In this document: one piece after another, positions 18,801 through 27,423 of the stretch
Position numbering within the stretch: the stretch's first letter is position 1
How the letters are laid out: each line of letters opens with the position of its first letter
From: Acaryochloris marina MBIC11017
GTDB taxonomy: Bacteria; Cyanobacteriota; Cyanobacteriia; Thermosynechococcales; Thermosynechococcaceae
Length of the DNA: 32,000 nt
Reading direction: 5' to 3'
NCBI RefSeq assembly: GCF_000018105.1
Contig: NC_009925.1
Location: 1,650,001-1,682,000 of the forward strand
Position numbers and translations under genes: made by a program
The notes under the pieces: generated by a model
The model's database searches: none
Told to the model about the DNA's origin: nothing
The model's input: only the letters and a program-made list of their open reading frames with translations

Positions 18801-19920
18801 TGGGTTGGACAGAATGGGAAGAAATTAATACCGGACTCCCTGGCTCTAATTTTGGTTGGCCTTACCTCGAAGGCCCCAACCCAACGGGGGGTATCAGGAT
18901 TTGTCCTCAGCCATTTCCTTCTACAACAATGGCAACCGAAATAATCCCGGAGACACAGCCGCCATTTTTCCGCTCCTATCCCGTACCCATGGAGCACCGG
19001 ATAATGCCAGAGCCATTACCGTAGGCGATTTTTACAATAGCAACACATTGGTGTTTGGAGATGTGAACAATGGCACCCTTTATGCCGCGACATTCGATAG
19101 TAATCGCCAAATTTCGAACGTCCAAGTCTTTGACTCCAATATTCCGTTTGTGGTGGATATGAAGACGGGACCGGACGGCCGACTCTATGGGGTCGATCTG
19201 GTCTCTGGGGAAATCCTGAAATGGGAGCCGGTGACGCTTCTTCCATCCCCACAACCCAATTTATCGGCATCCTTCAATAATTTTGCTGACCTATCTTCTT
19301 TAAATCTCAATGGCAGTGCATCAGGAGCCAATAGTCGACTCCGATTAACACCTGCCAGTGGCAACCGAGCGGGGAGTGCCTTTTTCAATCAGGCTTTTCA
19401 AGTGGGTGGGAATACCAGCTTCTCCACCCAATTTCAGTTTCAAATTACGGGTAGCCAGGGAACCAATGGTGCCGATGGTTTTAGCTTGGTTCTGCAAAAT
19501 AGCCCTGCAGGAAGCAATGCTGTGGGCCGCTTTGGTGGAGACATCGGCTATGGAGGTATCACCAGGAGTATCGCCATTGAGTTTGATACCTTCAATAATG
19601 GCCCGATGGACCTCAATAGCAACCATTTATCAATCTTGAGCAATGGTATTACCGATGCTCCGTTGGCCTCGGTTAATGCTCCCTTTGATCTGAATAATGG
19701 CGATACCCTGACTGCTTGGGTGGACTATAACGGTACAACCAATCTTCTGCAGGTATACCTGGCAAACAGTACCATTCAACCCAGTACTGCAGTATTATCT
19801 GCCAATGTGGATTTGGCCGGACTTTTAGGCAACCAGGCGTTTATCGGATTTACGGCTGGGACAGGGGGCCTCGTGAACAACCATGAGATTCTGACCTGGT
19901 CCTTTAGCAGTACGGTCTAG
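15881..19920 (+). pseudogene. Giant multidomain carbohydrate-binding protein, split by a 1-nt frameshift in a G6 run at 18886-18891 (genuine or a sequencing artefact)
   Basis: ORFs 15881-19024 and 18856-19920 are two halves of one gene. GWPYLEGPNPTGG (frame 1) continues as YQDLSSAISFYNN... (frame 2) inside the same beta-propeller domain.
Domains, N to C:
- DUF4347 (VAFIDAEL...IHIISHGSQGSVQLGN...FYGCN, ~15920-16330).
- Two modules with H-type-lectin-like patterning (VRVRNVTSNSFEVRIDEW; NISNTGFDLRLQE, ~16400-17200).
- Two Calx-beta domains (~17213-17905; DFxxxxGxLxFxxGExxKTFTIPIIDD).
- PQQ-dependent sugar (glucose/sorbosone) dehydrogenase-type propeller (~17920-19240).
- L-type (legume-like) lectin domain (~19255-19917; FSTQFQFQI..GADGFSLVLQN..IAIEFDTFNN..FIGFTAGTGG). 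Confidence 0.8.
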
Positions 19921-19937
19921 CACTACCCTCTAGATTC

Positions 19938-21221
19938 CTACTGATGACGGCCTTGGGCAATTGCCTGAAAACACTGAATATATTGGGTATGCCCTTCTGG
20001 GAACACCACATTCAGCGTTAGAGGATCGTCTGTATCCCGATCATCCCCAGGTCCCGTCACCACTCGATGGGATACCTGGGACCCTGCGGGAGAATCAAGT
20101 ATGTGCTCTAGCTGCAAGGGTTTACGGTTTTTGACCTCACCACCACTGCTATCAACATAAACGACAACGTTATTCGTCTTAAATTCTTGCCCCAAGGATT
20201 GAATTAGGTGTAAAAAGTTGCGATCGCTTCCTCCCCGCTGAAACCGCAATTCTCCCTGCTCCTCGATTGCCTTACTGGTGACCGTATCACCCACCCCAAT
20301 GAGAGTTGGCATTTGCCCTGAATCAAATTTTTCTTTGACTAAATCCACCAGCTCGGCATGGGACGGTGGGGCCTGACGGGCATTGAAGTCTGCCCCCAAA
20401 GGGTATTGTCCCGTTCGTTGATGATAATAGCGATTTAAAATCGCCAGCACTCCCGCTTCTTTGATGCCGCCCTGCAACATAAATTGGAAATCCGTGGTCC
20501 CTGCTTCTTCAGGAGTCGCTGGCTGCAAAATTTCATTTCCCTGGGAATCTTTCCCGAGGTTGGGCGCGTAATGCACAAAAAAGGATTGTCCTAATCCTTG
20601 ATCTTGGGCTTGGGTCAATAGCTCCGCCGTCAGCGTTTGCATCTCTTGCTGCAGCCGAGCATATACCTCAGTTCTGTCTGCCAGCAGATCGTAGAAGACA
20701 TTTAAATTGGCCGTGGGAGAGACGGGATTGTCTAATACAGCAGCCTGGATACAGGGCTGAATTTGGGAACTATCTTCAGCCAGGGTTTGAAAAAACTGTT
20801 GCAACCGCTGACTAATTTGCTCAGGCACTGCTGCCAAAAACGCTAACTCCTGGTCGCTCACCCCCGGATGGGAGACTGAGCCAAATCGATCTTGCCATTG
20901 CACCCCTCCCGCTGCGAGGCCGGGTAAATATAGACCTTCTTGAACAACGGTTTCGGCATCAAATGTTTTCTCAACAATGCGATTGACCCCGCGATTACCG
21001 ATATGCTCACCATTGGTGAGGACATAAAAATGTCCATCTAGCTGGCGTGCCGCTCGGACATAGGCTGGATCAAGGGTACGGGTCAGGGGATCTTTCACTA
21101 ACCCCATACACACCCCATCTAAATCTTGAATGATTAATAGATTGTTTTGCCGCTGGCCAAGGTCAATCAAAGCACCATGGTCTAAGGACCAGGCTTGCTC
21201 AGACAAAGATACGTTAGACAT
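19938..21221 (-). CDS. stpA: Glucosylglycerol-phosphate phosphatase (StpA/GgpP)
   Basis: 427 aa. The N-terminal third (SLDHGA...LLIIQDLDGVCM...FYVLTNGEH-G-RGV--IVE..QEGLYLPGLAAGGVQWQDR-G-VSHPGV) matches my recollection of Synechocystis StpA (slr0746). Its size is similar (~420 aa). Confidence 0.75.
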   Translation of the reverse strand: MSNVSLSEQAWSLDHGALIDLGQRQNNLLIIQDLDGVCMGLVKDPLTRTLDPAYVRAARQLDGHFYVLTNGEHIGNRGVNRIVEKTFDAETVVQEGLYLPGLAAGGVQWQDRFGSVSHPGVSDQELAFLAAVPEQISQRLQQFFQTLAEDSSQIQPCIQAAVLDNPVSPTANLNVFYDLLADRTEVYARLQQEMQTLTAELLTQAQDQGLGQSFFVHYAPNLGKDSQGNEILQPATPEEAGTTDFQFMLQGGIKEAGVLAILNRYYHQRTGQYPLGADFNARQAPPSHAELVDLVKEKFDSGQMPTLIGVGDTVTSKAIEEQGELRFQRGGSDRNFLHLIQSLGQEFKTNNVVVYVDSSGGEVKNRKPLQLEHILDSPAGSQVSHRVVTGPGDDRDTDDPLTLNVVFPEGHTQYIQCFQAIAQGRHQ

Positions 21222-21269
21222 GGTGGGTAGATGAAATCACAACCGCTAGAAATGCTTTAGCTGCTGTCA

Positions 21270-22883
21270 TTAAGCCGTTTTAGCTGGAATTTGTTCTGGC
21301 TGAGACGACTCTTCTACCGGTTTGACCACCACCCGAGGATGATTAGCCAAATGTACGGCTAACTGCGACTCAATTTCCTCCCGGACAATTTGCCGGTATT
21401 CCATAAAGTGTTCAATAAACGCAGAAGCAGACAGATACCGAGTCAGAACCTGCGGATTCTTTTGGATGATCCGGAACAAGTTAATCCAAAATTTCCAGCG
21501 CGTCTTTCGCACTACGCCTTGGCGCCAAGCCAAGGTAGATAAGGCTCGAATATCAACCCAGCTCACCTTAACGGAGCTCTTACCCGACCCCCCATACTTG
21601 GGACGAATATTCATACTCATAAAGTGACGGAAGGTGCGATCCAGATATTTCACCGGATCGTAAATATTACAGAAGGCCTCGACATATTCATTGGCAATTT
21701 CATCGATGGGACGAGTCGGCACATAGTTCATCAATGAGGTTTGATTACCCGTGCCTTCTTGACCTTGGATAAGACGACCTTCTTTTTCTAGGCGATGCCA
21801 AAGCGCTGTATTGGGCAAGGCTTGCAACATGCTAAACAGGGCAATGGGAATGTTCGTCTTTTCGACGAAACGGGTAATGCGATCGCCTGCTCCCTTCTTT
21901 TCTCCATCAAACCCAATAATGAACCCAGCCATGATCCGCAGCCCTTTCTCAGACATGGTATCGATGGATTCGCTAAGGGAGTCACGGGTATTCTGGAACT
22001 TTTTGGTTACCTTTAAGCTGTCTTCATCCGGGGTTTCAATCCCCAAAAACACGCTGTTAAAGTTGCACTCGATCATCAGATCCATCAATTCCTCATCCTG
22101 AGCCAAATCGACGGAAGCCTCTGTAGCAAAGGTAAAGGGGTAATTTTTCTCCGCAATCCATTCCCGCAACTCAGCTAGCAATAGCTTCACATTCCGCTTA
22201 TTGCCAATAAAGTTGTCATCGACCATAAACACAGAGCCACGCCACCCTAGCTCACACAACCGATCGAGCTCAGCAATGAGCTGCTGGGGGGTTTTAGTCC
22301 TAGGCTTACGCCCATAGAGGACGATAATGTCGCAAAATTCACATTGAAAGGGACATCCCCGGGAAAACTGCACCGACATATTGTCGTAAGCCGGAAATTT
22401 CAGCAGGTCAAAGCGAGGAATGGGGGTCTCAGTCACCGCAGGTTTCTCGGTCGCACGATAGACACCGCTTTCATCGCCCCGCTCTATCGCTTCGATAAAC
22501 ATGGGCAGGGTGATTTCCCCTTCGTCCAAGATCAAGTAGTCTGCACCAACCGCCTGCAAATCTTCAGGAACAGATGTAGCAAAGGGTCCACCCACCGCAA
22601 CTTTCTTCCCGCGGCGATGGGATTCTCCCACAAGGTTCAGCATGTCTTCTTTCTGAACAATCATGCCGGATAGAATCACCATCTCAGCCCAGTCCCAATC
22701 TGACTCAGGCACGGCTTCAACATTGCGGTCAATTAGCCGAAACTCCCACTCCTGGGGCAAAATTGCGGCTACCGTCACTAACCCCAAAGGCGGCAATAAT
22801 GCTTTTTTGTCAACTAAGGACAAGGTTTTCTCAAATGACCAAAAACTTTTTGGAAAGAGGGGGTAAATTAGTAAAACTCGCAT
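21270..22883 (-). CDS. Class B (B12-binding) radical SAM protein with DUF4070-type C-terminus
   Basis: 537 aa. The N-terminal cobalamin-binding-like Rossmann region is RVLLIYP...PPLGLVTVAAILP. The radical SAM cluster motif is SRGCPFQCEFCDI. The long C-terminal extension is typical of the DUF4070 group, which shares its architecture with hopanoid C-2 methylase HpnP. Confidence 0.85.
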   Translation of the reverse strand: MRVLLIYPLFPKSFWSFEKTLSLVDKKALLPPLGLVTVAAILPQEWEFRLIDRNVEAVPESDWDWAEMVILSGMIVQKEDMLNLVGESHRRGKKVAVGGPFATSVPEDLQAVGADYLILDEGEITLPMFIEAIERGDESGVYRATEKPAVTETPIPRFDLLKFPAYDNMSVQFSRGCPFQCEFCDIIVLYGRKPRTKTPQQLIAELDRLCELGWRGSVFMVDDNFIGNKRNVKLLLAELREWIAEKNYPFTFATEASVDLAQDEELMDLMIECNFNSVFLGIETPDEDSLKVTKKFQNTRDSLSESIDTMSEKGLRIMAGFIIGFDGEKKGAGDRITRFVEKTNIPIALFSMLQALPNTALWHRLEKEGRLIQGQEGTGNQTSLMNYVPTRPIDEIANEYVEAFCNIYDPVKYLDRTFRHFMSMNIRPKYGGSGKSSVKVSWVDIRALSTLAWRQGVVRKTRWKFWINLFRIIQKNPQVLTRYLSASAFIEHFMEYRQIVREEIESQLAVHLANHPRVVVKPVEESSQPEQIPAKTA

Positions 22884-23032
22884 AGAGAAGCCACATCTCC
22901 TAATCCAAATACCTCAAATCTTACCGCTAATTCACTTTTCTTGCTGAGAGTAGATTTAACCTTAGACATTGACTCAATTTAATCTTAATTTCTCAGATTT
23001 GTTAGGTGCATTGTCAATTTTGTCAACTAGGG

Positions 23033-23584
23033 TTATGCCTTTAAACCCAACTGTCTACGCACCCATGTCGCCCCCATAAATAGTAGCGGTGTCACAATTG
23101 CTCCTGTTAGGACCAAATGCAGGGGAAAGTGAAAATAGAAAAACCATAGGATCAGCACCCCATAGGTGGAATCCATATGATCAATTACATAGAAAACTTT
23201 GTTGTTTTCATCTCCAGGGGGAATCTCCAACCGTCGTTTTATAAAGGAATTAGGCAACTCGGATAGATTAAAAATAAACCCAACTAACAAGCCATATTCG
23301 ATAAAATTGAATTGAGAGAGTTGAATCTGCAGACCTGAGTTTGTCAAAAATTGCGCCTCTAAGACTTGCAGAAAAAAGGTACTAACCACACAGGTTAATG
23401 GTAAGCTAATCAATCCTCTCCAGCGTTTATTAGCGCCGAACCATTGTGTCTGGATCGGTATATTTACCAGCTCAAAAGGTTTCGTCTTCCAAAGAAACGC
23501 CTCTAAAACTCCGGCAATGAATAGCCCCACCCCAAGCCATAGAATATTTAAAGTGTCTTGGGCAAAATGAGTCCAGAAAAGCAT
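23033..23584 (-). CDS. CarS-like (CDP-archaeol synthase family, PF01864-type) integral membrane cytidylyltransferase
   Basis: Contains GANKRWRGLISLPL (compare GKNKTWRG) and ELPNSFIKRRLEIPPGDENNKVFYVIDHMDSTYGVL (compare GDLxxSFIKRRLGIxxGxxxPxxDQLDF), with about 5 TM helices and a CarS-like size. I placed the start at the internal Met (MLFWTH...). The ORF is open up to 23716, but that would overlap the divergent kinase gene. Confidence 0.65.
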   Translation of the reverse strand: MLFWTHFAQDTLNILWLGVGLFIAGVLEAFLWKTKPFELVNIPIQTQWFGANKRWRGLISLPLTCVVSTFFLQVLEAQFLTNSGLQIQLSQFNFIEYGLLVGFIFNLSELPNSFIKRRLEIPPGDENNKVFYVIDHMDSTYGVLILWFFYFHFPLHLVLTGAIVTPLLFMGATWVRRQLGLKA

Positions 23585-23668
23585 TGTTTTCGCAATAGAT
23601 TGAACTTGGATATTGTCTTCGAGGAACAACTTTTTTTCGTCAGCGACGCCGAGCCCATCGCTGTCGAT

Positions 23669-24988
23669 ATGCGGGCTAGAGGTTGGTTGACGACCTCCAG
23701 TTTGTCCTGGTTCCACGCAGGTCTAAGGCACACATTAGCCTTTGATGACGTGGTCGGCGTCAAGCCGACTGATCAGCAATATCCCCAAGGACTCGTTGGG
23801 TTTATTCTGTGTGCCTATCCTGCTCCTAGGACTTTACCCCACCGCCGACAGTTACGGGAATATGAGTTTGTCTGTGCCACGGAGCAGATGCGCTCCCAGT
23901 GGATGAACGCCATTCGCCAAGCGTTACAGGGCCACCCCATCCAACCCCAGCAGGCCGTCAGGCCCCGCCATCTCCAAGTCTTAGTCAATCCCAAGGGAGG
24001 ACGGCGACAAGCCAAACAAGTCTTTCAATCCATTCAGCCCATTTTAGAAGATGCCCATTGCCAGGTGAGCATTTTGGAAACCCAGGGGGGCGAAGGAACG
24101 ATCCAGGCCGTGCGAGATTTCGACTTATCAGCGATAGATGGATTTGTCGTTGTCGGTGGCGATGGAACGGTTTATGAGCTGATTAACGGGCTGATGACCC
24201 ATGGGGATGCGGAGGTTGCGATCGCAAAACCCATCGGCATCATCCCAGCCGGTACCGGCAACGGTCTGGGAAAAACCATTCTCGACCTATCCCAAGAAAC
24301 CTACGATCCGAGTAATGCCGCGTTTATCATCGCCAAAGGCCAGTACCAGCCTATTAATTTAGGCGTCGTCAAACAGGATGGCAAAGAATATTACAGCATT
24401 CTCTCCTTAGCTTGGGCTTTGATTAGCGATATCGATATTAAGTCCAACAAGCTTCGTTTTCTCAAGTTCCTAGGCTCCTTACGTAGTGATCTCTATGCTT
24501 TTCTCAGCATCTTGGCCCTCCGCAGTTATCGAGGTCGGATTTCCTTTCTACCTGCCCCAGACTGGCCACCTAGCCCCGATACCCCTCAGCCAGACCTCCT
24601 AGCCGAACCGCAGCCAGCAGACATCGAGACCTCTACAGCTTCAGCTTGGCAAGTGCTTGAGGGTGAGTTTATTGCCCTTTGGGTGATGAACGTCGCTTGG
24701 GCCACCCATAGCGTTTTGGCAGCCCCACACGCTCGATTAGCCGATGGCTACATGGATGTCTTAATCATTCGTAAAGGAATTACCCGCTGGCGTTTATTAA
24801 CCGCATTTCTGAAAATTGCCACAGGCGAACATCTCCTGATTCCAGAGATGGAATACTACAAGGTGCGCTGTCTCCACTTAGAACCTCTAAGTTCTGAAGG
24901 CTTACTGGCTGTTGACGGAGAACAAATCAAATACCGCTCCGTTGAAATGAATGTTTTGGCAAACCATGCCCAAGTTTTTTGCCGTTAA
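23669..24988 (+). CDS. DAGK-catalytic-domain lipid kinase of the sphingosine/ceramide-kinase type, with an N-terminal PH-like region
   Basis: Contains LQVLVNPKGGRRQA, VVVGGDGTVYELINGLM and IGIIPAGTGNGLGKT. It also has the SphK-type insert LSLAWALISDIDIKSNKLRFLKFLGSLRSDLYAFLSILALRSYRGRISFLP (compare eukaryotic S-SWG-IADIDIESEKYRW-G--RF) and C-terminal VDGEQI. The start is set at MRARGW (23669). The ORF is open from 23558. Confidence 0.75.
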   Translation: MRARGWLTTSSLSWFHAGLRHTLAFDDVVGVKPTDQQYPQGLVGFILCAYPAPRTLPHRRQLREYEFVCATEQMRSQWMNAIRQALQGHPIQPQQAVRPRHLQVLVNPKGGRRQAKQVFQSIQPILEDAHCQVSILETQGGEGTIQAVRDFDLSAIDGFVVVGGDGTVYELINGLMTHGDAEVAIAKPIGIIPAGTGNGLGKTILDLSQETYDPSNAAFIIAKGQYQPINLGVVKQDGKEYYSILSLAWALISDIDIKSNKLRFLKFLGSLRSDLYAFLSILALRSYRGRISFLPAPDWPPSPDTPQPDLLAEPQPADIETSTASAWQVLEGEFIALWVMNVAWATHSVLAAPHARLADGYMDVLIIRKGITRWRLLTAFLKIATGEHLLIPEMEYYKVRCLHLEPLSSEGLLAVDGEQIKYRSVEMNVLANHAQVFCR

Positions 24989-25100
24989 TCTGCAGGCTAA
25001 CCAGCCGATGTATACTCTTCCCCAACTGCCCGAGCTGAGCTAGGGCTGAGAACATCCCTGTACGACGTATTAGGGATTCAGTGGAGTCATTATCCTCAAT

Positions 25101-27335
25101 ATGAAGTCAATTTCCCTATCGACTGGAGTTTTCGTGGCCATCATGGGTTTGAGCCTGCCAACCCATGCCGAAACCGCCCCATTCTCAGATTCACTCCTCA
25201 CCCCTACTTCATGTGACACATGCCATCTCAGCCCATCTGAGCTAAGAACTGCCGACTTTAGTTTTAGCCCCAAGCCAATCGTTCAGATTAAGCAAAACTC
25301 CAGCAGTTTGCATCTTTCGAGTCCCAAGGAAGCTGCTCCCGCCGTAAATGGGCAAACCACTGCGGCTCAACCCAAAGATCTGGCCCCCTCTAGTGCCGCA
25401 AAGGCAGGCTCAGAAAAGACAACAGACGGCACACTGCTCTCATCCCAGACACCATTACCATCCCGCTCAACCGCCTTAATCCCGCAGCAAACTCTCATTT
25501 CTCAAGCCACAGCTCCGCAGGATGTTACGTCTCCCCTCCCCATCTCGACGAGTGCCGCAGATCTAGCCCAAGTCGACTCTGTCCCTCCAGCCGAAGCGGA
25601 TAGTGATGCTGAAGACAGCACCGAAGAAAGCGAAGAAGCTCCAGCGACTCGTTTTAGCCCCTTAGCCAACCAACAATTTCAGCAACCTACCGCAATTCAC
25701 CTGCCCAAAGGAACAGTGGCCCTGAGCCTCTACAATCGACTGTTCTTTTTGCCCGGTACTGAAGCAGCTAGTGGTACGGCAGCCTATCCAAATTTTGGCG
25801 TTACCTGGGGATTAACAGACAGTACCGAACTGGACCTCACCCTACAGGTGGTAGATACGGGTACCCCCGACCGATTGGGGCCTTTCGGCGTTGTTAGACG
25901 GGTTAATAACCGAGATTTAACCCTATCCGTTAAGCAAAGGCTATGGGATAACACCGACGATACGTTGGCCTTTAGTGGTTCTTTTTCCCTAGCGGTTCCC
26001 CTAACAAATCGTACGTTTGAATTTACCCCCGGCGGGATTGAGCAAGAAGACAACAGTTTAATCCCAGCTCTACAATTTCCGTTCACGGCTACCGTTAGCG
26101 ATCGCTGGCAGTTTACCCTTTCCCCCACCATTGCCTTCTTCCCCGATAGCAATGCTGTCTTTATCCCCCGTCCCCCCCTCGCCAATCCAGGCTCGTTTGG
26201 CACCACCTTGGGACTCAGTGGGGCGATTTCCTACCAAGTCCATCCTCGGATCACCCTCTGGGGCGATGCCTTTGTACCCTTTACGGGCAACAACAGTTTC
26301 AACCGGGATACAGGGCTACCCGCTAAATCCATTGCCTATAATGCGGGTCTGCGATATTTTCTTAATCCCAGTCTGGGACTCGATATCTTTGCCTCTAATA
26401 CCTTTGGCAGCAAGGGACCGTTGGCCTTAACGGCGGATCGAGACTTAACTGCGTTGGGATTGAGAGTTATATCTTTACCGAGTCTCTTTGCCTCCAACCG
26501 CCGGATTGCGGACAGTTTTAACCGTGATCAGGACGGTCAAGATTCACCCAATACAACTGATGGCTTGGCCTTTTTTGATGGCGGGACCGTTCCTAGTCAA
26601 CGGTTTTTGTTCCATTTACAGGGGGGTGGACAGGGCATTCAAACTGCCCTGCGCTACGGAATTGTCAAAGATTTTGAGCTATTTGCCTATTTGGACTATA
26701 TCTCGGGTGAGGTGGACGAATCAGAGCAAGGCTTTGGTGTAAAACTGCGATTGCTAAACCAAGATGAAGCAGCACCATTGACTGCCAGTGCCGCTGTGAC
26801 CGTGGGACTCACCAACAATATCTTCGACAACTTTGATAACAACAATCGCAATGGCTTGTTCCGACAAGGAGCGCCTAAAGACTTTCCGCTAATTTTTAGA
26901 ACGGACAGTCCCGAAGGCAGGCGGTTTGTGGTCACCCTATCCCTACCCTTGCATTACAAAGTCAATGATCAACTGGCCTTTTGGTTTACCCCCATTGCAG
27001 GATTTGTGCAGCGAGATGGTTTAGAGCTAGGCGGCTTTAACGTCGGCGGCTCCGTTGAGGTTATTCAAGACCTGAGTCTAGTCGGCGAATTGGGAGCCAA
27101 TTTCTTGGGTGAAGGGAATGCTTTTATCGGCGACACCTTAGCGGATCGGATTCCCTGGTCTGTGGCCGTCCGTTGGAATCCCCGCAGTATTATTGGCGGG
27201 GATGAATCCAACCCGAATCAACCCAATGTTGAATTCTTTGTCACGAATCGTGTGGGCTCATCCACCTGGCACCAACTAAGAGTCAGAGATCAAAACGAAA
27301 TTACCGTTGGCGCTGGCATTTCGATTCCGTTTTAA
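25101..27335 (+). CDS. Secreted protein: signal peptide, ~170-aa P/S/T/A/Q-rich acidic linker, and two tandem homologous beta-barrel-like modules; probable outer-membrane protein
   Basis: The signal peptide is MKSISLSTGVFVAIMGLSLPTHA|E. It has alternating-hydrophobic beta-strand patterning and the terminal residues ...VGAGISIPF (C-terminal Phe, an OMP signature). The modules at ~25650-26480 and ~26550-27332 share ordered motifs: WQFTLSPTIAF / LAFWFTPIAGF and LDIFASNTFGS / VEFFVTNRVGS. Confidence 0.6.
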   Translation: MKSISLSTGVFVAIMGLSLPTHAETAPFSDSLLTPTSCDTCHLSPSELRTADFSFSPKPIVQIKQNSSSLHLSSPKEAAPAVNGQTTAAQPKDLAPSSAAKAGSEKTTDGTLLSSQTPLPSRSTALIPQQTLISQATAPQDVTSPLPISTSAADLAQVDSVPPAEADSDAEDSTEESEEAPATRFSPLANQQFQQPTAIHLPKGTVALSLYNRLFFLPGTEAASGTAAYPNFGVTWGLTDSTELDLTLQVVDTGTPDRLGPFGVVRRVNNRDLTLSVKQRLWDNTDDTLAFSGSFSLAVPLTNRTFEFTPGGIEQEDNSLIPALQFPFTATVSDRWQFTLSPTIAFFPDSNAVFIPRPPLANPGSFGTTLGLSGAISYQVHPRITLWGDAFVPFTGNNSFNRDTGLPAKSIAYNAGLRYFLNPSLGLDIFASNTFGSKGPLALTADRDLTALGLRVISLPSLFASNRRIADSFNRDQDGQDSPNTTDGLAFFDGGTVPSQRFLFHLQGGGQGIQTALRYGIVKDFELFAYLDYISGEVDESEQGFGVKLRLLNQDEAAPLTASAAVTVGLTNNIFDNFDNNNRNGLFRQGAPKDFPLIFRTDSPEGRRFVVTLSLPLHYKVNDQLAFWFTPIAGFVQRDGLELGGFNVGGSVEVIQDLSLVGELGANFLGEGNAFIGDTLADRIPWSVAVRWNPRSIIGGDESNPNQPNVEFFVTNRVGSSTWHQLRVRDQNEITVGAGISIPF

Positions 27336-27423
27336 GGGGTGGGAAAGGGCTACATCGATGCTTTTGATTTTTCGCCAGAGGACATGTTAGGGTCGCTGTT
27401 GCCTGAGTTTACGGGGAACAGCC

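Noticed and set aside
18884-18892. Programmed -1 ribosomal frameshift on G_GGG_GGT in the giant gene.
   Set aside because: The heptamer formally fits the X_XXY_YYZ pattern. However, I see no obvious downstream pseudoknot or hairpin, and the shift falls in the middle of a folded propeller domain. No biologically sensible short product would result. A homopolymer error or mutation is more parsimonious.
23011-23026. Tandem TTGACA TTGACA (minus strand) upstream of the radical SAM gene, as a promoter.
   Set aside because: I found no convincing -10 hexamer at 16-18 nt spacing from either box. A hexamer match alone is too weak to annotate.
23558-23716. Longer start choices for the kinase (23558) and the CarS-like gene (23716), which would make the divergent genes overlap by ~160 bp.
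   Set aside because: The extensions are hydrophilic or non-conserved-looking, and each is the antisense of the other. Internal Met starts (23669 and 23584) give a normal ~85-bp divergent promoter region. This remains unverified.
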